From Haplodiscus bocki (taxonomy: Eukaryota): a stretch of 64,000 nucleotides of DNA. Positions 51,901 to 64,000 of this stretch are shown here, in pieces. The notes under the pieces are model-generated. The model did not search any database and was not told the DNA's origin. It worked only from the letters and a program-made list of their open reading frames with translations. The position numbers were made by a program, and so were the translations under genes. Numbering within the stretch: position 1 is the first letter of the stretch; each line of letters begins with the position of its first letter. Location: NCBI GenBank assembly GCA_965655095.1, contig OZ296652.1, forward strand, positions 39,866,001-39,930,000, given 5' to 3'.

Positions 51901-53595
51901 TCGATAAGTTTTCTCAGAAAACTCGACCAAAAGATTTTTCGCGCAGCCCAAGAATTACAAAAGCACTGAGCAGATGCTGAGGGTTATTAGGAGACACACA
52001 CTTGAGGCATTTTTCAAGGTGATGAGATTGACAGTAAATTATCGCAAAGGGTAAAAGAATTTGAAAAAAATGCTCTACATCGAAACAGTACCTTGGCCAG
52101 ACCACCTATTTACGACAGAGCGTACCCTGTGAAGCTCTCGACTGCTTCTCCAGGAAATCCAATGGGCGTCAAGAAGCCCAATATCCTTTCATTGTTTGTA
52201 CAACAGGAGAAAAAAATCTTTGGAAGAGTCGTCAAGTCTTATGGGAACCTATTTTTGCAATAAGTTGCACATTGCCGGCGAAATCACAGAAATTCGCACG
52301 GAGTCGAAACTTTTATCAAAACCCACTGTTGTACACATTGCTCAATCTGTTCCTCAATGCAAGTGATATGCATCACTTTGAATGACGCTGAACGCGCAAA
52401 ACTTTAGATAATGCTGAAATTCATTCGAAAACACAAATTTTTTCCGGAAATATTTCGGCCAAAATTTCATGGAAAAATCAGAAACTTTCGGTTAAAAACT
52501 AAATGCAACTTAGGCCTCATATTCCATCGCTTAACCAGCATTGGGATGCCATACATGGGATAATAGGCCAGAGAAGTGCGACAAAGTAACACTTGCCCTC
52601 TGGAAAAACTTGGGTTTTCAATTGCTTCCGCCAAAAACTCGCGTGCGAAGAGGTTTTGTCCACCGAAAATTTCGGCCCTGGTCAACTACGACCTTGCCAA
52701 TACAGCTAAGCAGTGAATAATTGGATCCTATAGATGAGTTTGTAGAAAATGAGCGTCAAATATACGAAATCGGGAGCAGTGGGGAATGTCAAATCTGTCT
52801 CAAAAAATTTCAAGAAAATTCCCGCTTTTTTTAACGAAAACTGGCCAAAAAATGGCGAAAAAAATATCACAACACGCTCAGCTGAATGCTGTTCTATCGA
52901 ATAATGCAAAAACATTTTTTCTTCCAAGCTTTTTGTAACCACAGGACCAAAATTTAGCCTTTGCCCTGTAAAAAGTCCGAAAAATACTTTTTTTTCGCTA
53001 ATAGCTCGCCGGAAAAAACGTGCGGCCGAAATTTCGAAATAAATCAGATCGTGAACCCATCTTAATGTTTATGCAAAAATCAGATAAATCCGACCAATAG
53101 GTGCCGTGAAAATTAAATTTAATGAGATGAAACACTGAGGGATGTCACGGACGTGAAAACGAAATCTTTTTGACAAGTCCTTGTGCGAATAGGCTTCGCT
53201 CCGCTCGCCTAGACACCGCGCATTTTCCCTAAATAGAAGCCCTTCAAGTCCTACCTCACGTAACGCAACATAACACAACAACCGAATCAGTTGAATAGTT
53301 TCGCGTTGGCAAAACTGCCAAGCCCGTCAACTTATCTGGCTAACAGTTAAGAACGAGAATGATCAATCTAATGAAATTCATAATCCGCAACAATGGAATG
53401 TACAGCATGACAACGTAGAAAATTTCATAGAACTAGTCAAGAATCTGTACCTTTATCATATTTTCTCTTCTCATCATCAGCAATCGAAATCAATAATTCA
53501 TTTTTACACTTGCGCAAGCAAGTGTTATAACAGTCTTCAACTTTTTCTCATCCGTCCACAACTGACACAAGTTCCTAGATTTCGACCAAAGAGGA

Positions 53596-53665
53596 GAGAG
53601 TGGCCTAGGATTGAATCGGGGACCATTCGCGGCGCGGTCCAGTGATCTAGTCACTGTGCCATTTT
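53596..53665 (-). repeat. tRNA-derived SINE-like head (degenerate)
   Basis: The minus strand has A-box-like TGGCACAGTGA and B-box-like GATTCAATCC. Similar fragments occur at ~8140-8208 and ~14975-15015; none folds into a complete cloverleaf. Confidence 0.3.
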
Positions 53666-56409
53666 CGCTTGAGAATCAGTGTTTTCATTCAAAATATCAA
53701 GCGATTGAACTATAATAGCGTCTCTTACTTCTAAATATTTTTAGCTGAAGTAACTGAGTTTCTGTGCACTTGTTCCAGTATCATTCGTAGTATCGTGCCC
53801 CTTCGAAAATCAGTTTTTTAGCCACTTTGTTCACATTGGTGCAAGTGTTTCGAAACACAGGTTTGTCTCGGTGTCTGATGGATACAACATCGTAAGATAC
53901 AAAAAAAACTAATGAGGTTGGACTGCTATGCACTGACAATTTTATGGATCAATGGTTCGGACGATATCTTTTCTATCAACACGTCGACAGTACAGTTTGA
54001 AACACACTTACACTGTGCTTTGCAACATTCGCGGGACTCTCGAGCCGAGTTCAAGCAGACACTTCAAAACAGGACAAACCTTGCTGTCTAGTTGTTCCAT
54101 CAAAAGTAACCGGAGTCATTTTTTTTCAACTTTTAATTAGTTGGCAAGCAAAACAAGAATATAGTTCCATTGATCGTCTTGATAAACATCTTTCAAGGAA
54201 AACACAATTTAGAAGTTCCTTGATTTTTCAATAACGTATCAGGTTTTTTCAGACACGAAATACTAAAGAGATCACCACTGCTCCTCTGCAGAGCCTACTC
54301 GTAAAACGTGATTGAAATATGATGTTCACATCAACGATGGATAGATGCGAGCCGACTAAACATCTCAAAGAAAATCATCTTTAACGGACGCTGAAAGTGA
54401 AAGCTTCTTCGATATTTGAAATACAAGTCGTTTTTTCGCACTAACTTAAAAATTAGACCATCCCAGATGCTGCACAAATGATGAACGTAGCCGTTAATTC
54501 AATAAGAGCCAGAAGGAAGCAATAGGACCATTAATCTTTGAGAAAATAACTTTGATGGAACGCCGCAAGTGAAAACTTCGGATTTTAAAATGCAACATTT
54601 ATCGAAGTAACAGTACGGAGCAGACCATCGCTGTATCTTCGGATATGTTTGTGCTCTGGTTACCGAATGGTCAAGTATGCCCTGGATGGACCCCATGTGG
54701 TAATTGGTATCCCGGAACTGCACTTTGGAAGATATAAGTTAAAAAATTCAGTGAATTTTCACACAGCTCAAAAATATTTTGCTGTCAAAATAGAAAGCCT
54801 TCATAGGCTGTCATTTGAAATACTAGGTTTAATGTTTTGAAATTAATGCTGGATAGATGGAATTGGGTTCATAGTTTTTTGAATAACACTTTCAAACAAG
54901 ATATAAATTTTTCGAATTCCAAAATATGAATCTACCGATTTTTTTGCTCTTCATTCAGTTGCATTTATAGGAAAATAAAACAGGTGATCAACTATCTACA
55001 ACGAAGATAGATCACGTGAACAAATTCGAGATTTAGGCAGAAGCCCGTACTTTGCGAGCGAGAACGCATATTTTGCGAGTCGGAGACGGACGTAAAAAAT
55101 TGGAAGCCGTCCGTTATAAACTTTGCTTCGTTCTTTCGGTCGTGTAAATACACTAGACCACTGCGATCGTCATATTTTGGATTCTTCTACATACACTTCT
55201 TTAATCTAATCTATATAACTCTACCAATATCTTCCTCACTTTCATAACAGCCTTTTCAATATGGGTATCTTTTTCTCTGCCGTTGACGGAGTAACGGAGG
55301 ATGGTTGTGTAATTTGTTTCATTTTTTTCCATGTCCTAAAGCAACACAGAGGAGATCTGAAGATATTTTTCATGAGCGAAGTTCAATTACGTGGCCCCGG
55401 TGGCTCGACACAATTTAGATGACATTTCAATCGGTCAAATGCTTGCAGGAACTAACAAGATAAACTTGAAACGTGTCGAATGATGAAATAAAAATTGAAA
55501 AACTGAAAGAATGCGTATCAAATTCTTCTGACAGTTTTTGTAATTATGATTTTTGGTCTTAACTTAAAAATCGTCATTTTCTAGATTGCCTCAAATAAGA
55601 GATTAATGAACTAAACTCTTTTATTAACTAACAATTCCCTGCTTTTGCTCTGCTGAGAACTTGAGTCCCCCAATTGCGTTTTTGATAATGAACCCTGGTA
55701 AGCCAACAAGGAAATTGAAACTAAAGGAGGGAGAAAGTTCAAAATAAATCATCCTCTTATTTGGATTTTGTAAATCACGTTTAATATCGAAGCCGAAGGT
55801 ATTCGATATCGTAAGGATACCTTTTGACCTGTTGTGGACATCCTTAGAAGACCAAAGAGTAACGTCAAAACTGTACATTTGCTTGTAGCCAGTGTACATG
55901 TAGCGAAAGATGTGTTGCTATAGCAGCTAACTGCAGTTCAATATAACAGCTAACTAATTGCGAATTGAATTTTCTAATACTTGACGTCGATGTATTAAAG
56001 TGAATAGAATTTTGTGGGTCGGTCCGAAATTTTTCCGCGCTCCTTGAAAATTTGCCAAAACTTAAGAAAGTCTCAGGAAAGGATTCCACGTTGCTTTGAA
56101 ATTGTAGAATTGATTTCCGAACGTTTGAACCTTCGTGCAATTGTTTTTGACTGCAGTACTTTTTTGCAAGTAAAAGGTCCTGTAAGAGAATCAGTTACAT
56201 TTCTTGCTAGAAATCGCTTCTGAGCGATCTGTTGACGTTAGTTTTTCATATGTGTCATTTAAACCGTTCATTTATCGACTTCAGAGTTTTGATCGGGGCT
56301 ACAAATGTTTCGTTGAAATTTTTGCTGATTAAAAAACGGCAAAGTTTTTTACTTTTGATGGAATCTTCCAAACTGTCAACCTAAGTTTCCTAATAACTTG
56401 AATGTTGCT

Positions 56410-56658
56410 TGTTGCGGTCGAAAAATGAAAAACTTGAGAAATTGGAAATTTTTCATTATTGGTTGAGTTAGATGTTTATAAACCTCAAAAATTTCTTACC
56501 AGTTGCTCAACATATGATATCATCGATAAAGCGCATTATAGCGTCTTTATGAACCTTAAAACAACAAAACAGTGAATTCCGCGCCTGACCCTACCCTGAC
56601 CTTTACAGTGTCGTATTTCAAGGTCACATAATGCAATTGACCTGATTTTTCGGTTTGC
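56410..56658 (+). repeat. Bel/Pao 5' LTR (3'-truncated)
   Basis: Homology with 62449-62700 ends at CGGTTTGC and runs straight into gag-like ORF 56655-57473. Confidence 0.85.
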
Positions 56659-59600
56659 CCGACGAAGAAGCATTGACGGCCTATATTGCTAGCTTCGTGA
56701 GACATTTCCAGTCAGAGCATTTGAAAGAAGAAGCGATTTCACGAAGTGTCTCCTGGCATTCATCACTGGAAACTGCTAAAAAAGAAATTTTGGAAAAAAG
56801 GGAAAAGCAAGCTATCGAACGACGACAACAAATACAACGAAGAGCAGAACTCATGAAAGTGCGGACCATGAAGGTCCCCGTAACAGTTCCAACAAAAGCG
56901 GTACACTTCGTCCCGACAGTGAGTACTTCAATGGTGCAGACAATGTCAGTCGCGTCATTTGTGTCCGTCCATGGTGACGAATCTCACGATACTCCAAAAA
57001 CGAGCACTGAAGCAGCAGTATCTGCCAGTGCTGGGAATGCAGAGAATAGAGACTTGACTTCAAGTGAAGCTCAAAAGTCCAAAAGTGAAGCGCTCGAATT
57101 TAACAGATTATCAATTGGATCAAACTGTTCCAAGAGTAGTCAAAGGAGACAACAGTCATCAAGCAGTCGTCTCGAGCAGCAACAACTGAAGCTCGAACTG
57201 GAGTCTAAACGGATCAAAATACAAGTAGAGCAATATCAAAGACAAAAGGAGGAAGAGTTGCCACAATTACAACAGAAAATGCAACTTCTGGAAATGGAAC
57301 ATGAACTACGCCAGTGCGGCGGCGAAAGTGAACGTGCAACAGTTGATGGCTCTAAAGTCCTCGATGTTGGGAAAGATTTGGAACTGGATGACAACAGTGT
57401 TGCTGGCTCTGAGGCTGTGAAAGGCTTCATGGCTCCGATGGTATCGCTCTCAGACGTCCGAACTTATCTTTAAAATGATTACCAGCATAATGGTTTGAAT
57501 GATATGCCTAATGAAAACAGATTTGATTTCAAAACTCTCAGTCAAAGTGGAAGAAACACTGAAGTGTTCAGTATTCCCTACTTCGAGTGTGGGATCGCCA
57601 TTCAGAGTACCGGGTGAGTTCACCCCAACATAATTGCAGACAAGTTCGATTCCAATGGGAAACATGGGAGCAGTGAATTCAGTTAACACTGACCATCAAA
57701 GAGCGGGTCAAGTGGCATTCAGTGGTTGATCTTTACCCAACTTGAAATTGGAGGAGTTTGATGGCGGCCCTTTGGAATGGCCGGAATGGAGTGGAATGTT
57801 TCAGTCTACAGTTGGGAGAAGTTCACTATCCATTGTTGAGTCATTTGAAGACTTTACTGCTGGACTGGCGAGATCAGTTCAAGGTTTGGGTTATTCTGGG
57901 TCTATGTTCAGCGCTGCTTGGAGTGGTTTGGAAAGAAAGTTTGAATAACCTCATCTCATCATATCCGCAAAGCTATCCAGAATACAGTCGTATCCAACGA
58001 TGAAATATCAAGATTCTAAAAGTTTAATGGAGTTTGCTGATATCCCTTCAATTTTGTTGGTGTTCTTCAACAATTTGGGCACAGTAACGACCTATTCTCA
58101 TCGGGCAATTTGGAAATGGTCACTGGGAAGTTGCCTTTTGACATGAGACGCAGGTGGTTGGGAAGTAATGAAAAACCCCAAAACCGTTCGAAACCACCTA
58201 GCATGATGGACTTGAATACTTGGCTACAAGAGCAGGCAATTGTACATGAGCGCCTTTTGAGTAGCATGAAAACATCAAAGTTTTATCCCGCTAAGCCCAA
58301 TGGGGATTCCAACAGAAGGGATCCAAAAGATCGGAGTTGTAATTTCGAAGCTGTTGTCAGTGACAAAAGGAGCACTAATCAATACCCATTGCAAGAAGGT
58401 GTCCATCGTATTTGGCAATGTGAAGCATTCAAGAAGCAGTCCATTGATGAGCACTATGTTTGTGAAAGTTAAGAAATTGTGTTTCTCATGTCTCCATGGT
58501 AGCCATCAAATCAAAGATTGCAAAACAAGAAAGGGTGGAATTGGTGGCTGGGAGATTTTTCATAATCGCTTGGTTCACAAAGCAGTCAAATAAGTGGAAT
58601 TTGCCGACAGCGAAGAAGAAACAAATTTGACAACTGTCAGTAAAACCATTGTGCGAGGAGCCTTGCAAGTGGTTTCAGTCAGAGTCCATGGGAAAACTGG
58701 GTCTCATGAAGACACCATGGCCTTGTGTGATACCGGCTCGTCACAGACATGGGTTGATCAAGAGTTGTTTGCAAACCCCAATTTGGATGGAGAGGAAGTG
58801 AAAAATCATGTAGCTGGTATCCACGGCACCTCAGTAATTCAGAGCAAGAAAGTTGAAGTTACACTTGGGCCGGCGGATAGCACTGCCTTAACACTTGTAC
58901 TATAATCGTGAACAGTCACAAGAATTTGGGCGTGGGGAAAAAAATATGACTTGAGGCCACTGAAGCGAAAGTATGGATATCTTTCATGCATGCGTCAAAA
59001 CACCATGCGCCTGTCTGAAGGTGAAGTAGTACTGGGACAGGACGCATTCCCTTTGATCTGCCCTGTTGCCTGCAAGAATGGTGGTGCGAATACCCCTTGG
59101 GCAGTCAAGTTGCCACTGGCTTGGGCGCTAAACGGATCATTGCCCGCTTCAGAAAAAGCACAATGCTATTCAGTGTGTAATATGAGCAAAGATGAAGAAT
59201 TAACAGCTGTTGTCAGACAATGGTGGGATTTGGAGTCCTACGGAACAGTGGTTTCGGTAGATAATCGAAGCAGCGAAGACAAGCAAGCTTTATCTCATCT
59301 CAATAATACTATTCAATACCAGGACGCAAGATACAGTGTGGGTCTTCTTTGGAATGGACAGCAAAGGAACCTTCAAAACAACTATTCCGCTGCCCTCAGC
59401 CAGTTGAAGTCGCTTGCGACAAGATTGGGCACGCATGAAAACCTAAAAGATCGTTATTCTGAGACTTTCGAAAGTGACCTGAAGAAGGAGTATGTCTCAA
59501 AGTTGGAGACATCAGATAACATCAGTAAAACTCCGTAATGGTATATTCCTCATCGTTCTGCTCACGACCCAAACAAATCTGAAAAGGTGCGAAGAGTTTC

Positions 59601-62448
59601 AATGCTTCAGGCAAATTTCGTGGAACTTCTTTGAATGACGTATTGTTGATTGGACCAGACCTATTGCGGAGTCTGAGGGGTATCATCTTCAGATTCCGAG
59701 ACAAGCCTGTAGCCCTCCCGGCAGACATTGAAGAAATGTTCGTCCAGGCGGAAGTGGAAGTAGACGACACAAACTATCTTCGATCTTTTTGGAGAAAGGA
59801 TGATGGACAAATACAAATGTAGCGGTATTACAGACATTTTTGGAGCGTGTGCTAATTTTCTACTTCAGTGGTGCGCAAAAGACTTCCCGGTGGCCAGCAG
59901 AGTGGTTCTCTCAAGATTTTATATGGATGACTTGCTGGTTTCAGTCGAAAGTGTTCATAGAGCCAAGGCTTGGTTGACTGAATTGCAGACACTGCATATG
60001 AAAGGGAATTTCAACTTGACTAAAAGGGCTTCAAACGACGCAGATGTATTCAAAGATCTAAAACCAACGGGAAAAGCCCCATTGTACTCCGGTTGGAATG
60101 GCTATTAGAGAGCACGAATTGAGAGTTTGTCGGGGCGTCCCCTTCGAAAGTCAACCACAATGGACACATAGAGAAATGTTATCGAAAGTGTCAAGTTTAT
60201 ATGACCCATTAGATTTTATGGTTCCATTCTCAATGAGAGGGAAAATGATCATGAAAAAAAATTCCGCAAACTCAAGGGCAACAATGGGACAGGCCAATTG
60301 AAAACAGTTTGCAAGAACCTTTCATTACCTGAATTTTAGAATTATCGCAGAACAATCCAATTGCTGTGCAAAGATGGTACAAATTGACTAACAATGGTGA
60401 AGGAGAGCTGCATGTTTTTGGAGATGCTTCAGAGGACGCCTTATGTGCAGTTGCGTACCTGGTGAGTGCTGGTATAGGTTACAGGCATGTCAGTTTTGCC
60501 ATGGTCAAAGCAAGAGTTGCACAATTCAAGCTTCATACCATACCAAAGCTTGAACTAATGGCAGCTGTCACTGCAACCAGATTGAAAGAGATGTTGGTTA
60601 AAGAACATGGGTGTAACTTCAGTGGAATCTTCATGCGGACTGATTCGACGACTGTGTTACAGTGGATTAGAAACAATGACAAGAAGCAACCAGTCTTTGT
60701 GGCCAATAAAGTAGCGGAAATGTGGGATTCAGCAACAGTGGATCAATGGAATCACATCGATTGCCTAAAGAACCCAGCTGATCAGGGAACACATGGTGTC
60801 AGCTGTCCCGAACTTATGGAAAGTGATTGGCTGCAGGTTCCTCTTTGGCTGAAAGACGGCGACTGGATTTCACACATTCATCAAAAATTGACGAATGAAC
60901 ACCCTACAGTGGATGATCTTTTTGAAGTGGCCACCGATTCAGAAGCGTAGGTGTTTCTTGCGGCATTATTTTCAAAGCCGATTGATTGGGAACGATTTTC
61001 ACAGTTCAACCGTCTCAAGTTTATGGTAATGCGAATTCTGAAAATACTCCCAAAGTGCAAAAATTTGAATCTGGTCGACTTATTAAAATTGGCGGAATTC
61101 AAACTCTGGTTGCTAGTGCGGCACGAGTGGTTGTCGAATGAAATTATCAGTTTGAAGAAGACCATGATGGTACAAAGCAAGAGCAAATTAATTGGACTTT
61201 TGCCGTTCCTATATAGACAGTGATGGTATCATGCGTTCGAAGGAAAGACTACGCAAAGCAGATGTGGAGTATCAGACAAAACACCCCATCATTCTGCACA
61301 GTCAACACTGGGCATTGAAATTTTCTCTGAAAGAAATGCACAAAACATGGCATCATGAGGGTGTTGAATTTTTGAGAAGCGTAGTCCTACAAAAGTTTTG
61401 GATACTTGGGTTGAGGAATGCTCTTCGATCTGTGAAGCATGATTGTGTTCAATGCAAGAAGTTGACACGAACAATGAATCCTCAGATGTCAGACCTACCA
61501 GCAAGAAAATTGGAAGGAATGGTTTCAGTAATTGTGGAGTGGATTACTTTGGGCCATTCCAGGTGAAACACTTCCGGAGGACAGTGCAGAAGTGGATTTG
61601 TCTGTTCACCTGTTTCACCACCAGAGCAATCCACCTCGAAGTTGTGTCATCACTGGACACCCAAAGTTGTTTCGATGCCATACATAGATTTGTGGCTGGA
61701 CGAGGGTGTCCAAAAACCTTTGAATCAGACAATGGTATTAATTTTGTTTGAGCAGCTCGAGAGTTTCGTGAATTGTTTTCCGCTTTCTGGAACTCAACTG
61801 GAAAGAGATGCTGCCAGATTGTGTATCAATTGCACCTTCAACTCACCGGGCGTGCCACACTTTGGTGGAGTTTGCGAAGGCCTGGTGAGGTCATACAAGA
61901 AGGCGATGTGGAATTTTCTTGGTTCCCAATCGATGAAAGAAGAGCAACTAATAACGATCATTTGTTCAGTGGAGCAACTGCTCAATAACAGACCCTTGAC
62001 AGCATCCAGCAGTGATGCTGCAGATTTGGAGGCGCTTACTCCTTATTTTTTCATCTTGGGACGATCTACTCGACTACCCAAATGTTGTATTCAATGGTGG
62101 ATCCACTGCCATGAAAAAGGCTTTCCGGGCACATAGTCAGTTCATGAAGATATGGGACAGGTGGATGAAGGAATATCTACCGCAGTTGGCAACGAGAAAG
62201 AAATGGGCAACTGAAGGGAAACGACCGATGGCAGTTGGAGACTTGGTTTGGATTTGTGACAAGCAGTATCACCCCTTCAATTAACCTATAGGAAGAATTT
62301 TGGAGCTTCACTCTGGTGACGGTGAAGTATCCAGACCATCGACAGTAAAGACTAACCGAGGACAATTCAAAAGACTGCTAGTCAGCTTTGTTCTTCTGGA
62401 GATTGACCGCAATGATGTGTTTTTGGCAACCAAAGACAGGGCAGGCGA

Positions 62449-62736
62449 TGTTGCGGTCGAAGACTGAAAAACTTGAGAAATTGGAATTTTTTCATTTGAG
62501 TTAGATGGTAGATGTTTTTAAACCTCAAAAATGCCATACCAGTTGCTCAACAAATTATATCGTGGATAAAACGCATTATTGCGTCTGTATGAAACTTAAA
62601 ACAGAACAAAACAGTGAATTCCACGCCTGACCGTTCCCTGATCTTTAAAGTGTCGTATTTCAAGGTCACCTGATGCTATTGACCTGATTTTGCGGTTTGC
62701 GCGTTCTATGTGCACCAATGTACCTCTATGCCAACA
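62449..62736 (+). repeat. Bel/Pao 3' LTR
   Basis: TGTTG...CCAACA termini, preceded by purine-rich AAAGACAGGGCAGGCGA. Confidence 0.85.
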
Positions 62737-64000
62737 TTCAACCCAAACGGAGAATAAAAATTTCAGTTTCCAGCCCAACGGGACCTATTTGATTGTTATA
62801 TCTCATTTCATAAATTTTTGAATATTCCGCCAGTATTTGATATATTAAAATTATGGTTCATTCCTGAGAGCGTCAGTTAGTTCATTGGTGCTGCAAGGTT
62901 CTAGAGTGATTGCCATTTTGACCCGTGTTTGAGACTTGATTTACAAAAAATGTAAAGATTTCACATGTTTTGGAGAACTCTGATGTTTCACATACCTTTT
63001 TTGTCATTGCCTGTACTTTTCGTCCCTGTTAAATGTCAAATATGATCTCGCCCGTTTTGATGAATATAATCTGCCCCACTTGAGTGCTTTTATGGTAATA
63101 GTTCTCACCTGATACTTTTACTTTACTTAAGTATCACATTTTTAGAATATTTCTTACTTTTATTTTATTAATTTGTTCATATCTTTTGCTTGATTCTGAA
63201 AATCTTGTAATATTTTAGTTGATTTGGTCCCCATTGTAAACCCTTGCCCCATGTTTCAGAAGTTTTAGTTTTGATCATATGAAAAGTTATTCACGAGTTA
63301 TGCTGTGTTTAATGTCATTATTTGTTGTGTAAACTTTGGATATTCTAGCTTAGTTTAGAAGTATTATTTAACTCACCGAGGAAAAATTGCTTTGAAATTC
63401 GATACTTAAGTCAGCACTTCTTTGTGCTAGAGCATGCAGGCAAAGTTTCAGTCAGATAGAGGTTTGAAACCAAGATTGCTGAAAGCTCAAAGAGAGCATT
63501 AAAGTTGTGGAAAACTTCGAATTTAGAAATAGTCAAAATGGGAACTATTTCAATCAAGCAAAAATTACAGTCCTTTCAAAACCCATTGGATGGACCAAGG
63601 CCGGTGTAAAGTATGAGAATAGAGTGTTCTTGTATAGCCGTTACATTGCTTGACGGTATTAAAAGTGTCGGCGCTGTTGTATACTAGATTATGGTTTGTT
63701 TCCGATGGTGTTTGAATTTGTTCTCTTTGCCAAAAACTCTTAAAACCGGGGTTCTTCAGAGTCCTGATATATCTTCATTATTTTGAAAACAGTGAAATTT
63801 TTATTGTGATCCAGTGACCGACAGGATGGTTGCTTGAGCATTGATACACAGCATTTCTAAATCTAATATTTGGCTTGTGATGGCAGTCTTCGTATCTGGG
63901 GTTTCAATACATCTTTTCTACTTAATAATTTGGCTCAGACTTCCATTGGCTTTGACTGGTGACGCTCTTTTGAAAAATTTTCAAAAAATTCCTTCGAGAA

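Larger units (their letters stand above)
56410..62736 (+). mobile_element. Bel/Pao LTR retrotransposon, decayed
   Basis: LTR copies start TGTTGCGGTCGA at 56410 and 62449. Gag DUF1759-like KLEEFDGGPLEWPEW and knuckle LCFSCL..HQIKDC; PR ALCDTGSSQTW; RT FYMDDLL; RNase H LHVFGDASEDA..TIPKLELMAA; IN GVDYFGPF, TRAIHLE, SDNG. Many stops. Confidence 0.93.

Noticed and set aside
46000-56400. Numerous 60-130 aa ORFs
   Set aside because: AT-rich, repeat-derived sequence; I could not assemble a consistent exon chain or recognise a domain, though short exons may have been missed.

Overview
AT-rich, transposon-dense eukaryotic (probably invertebrate animal) genomic DNA; the species cannot be determined from the sequence alone. 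Two host genes are supportable: a spliced DENN-domain (Rab GEF family) gene on the + strand (~6010-24348, about 11 short exons, invisible in the ORF track) and a single-ORF M14B metallocarboxypeptidase (29073-30446). The centrepiece is a full-length 14.4 kb Ty3/Gypsy-type, retrovirus-like LTR element on the - strand (31558-45998). It has 628-bp LTRs with non-canonical TATA...TATA termini and a CTAT target-site duplication. Its gene order is: upstream membrane-protein ORF, gag, -1 frameshift site, pol (PR-RT-RNaseH-TARG1/OARD1-like macrodomain-integrase), F-type env with furin site and fusion peptide, an array of short RNA hairpins, then an accessory ORF ending in an HPD-containing DnaJ J-domain. 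This copy is mildly decayed (a few stops and frameshifts) and carries a nested hAT DNA transposon. The window also contains an older relic with a homologous env (~2000-4900), a decayed RTE LINE starting at a twister ribozyme and nested in a foldback element, a decayed Bel/Pao LTR element (56410-62736), several MITEs and an unassigned dispersed repeat.
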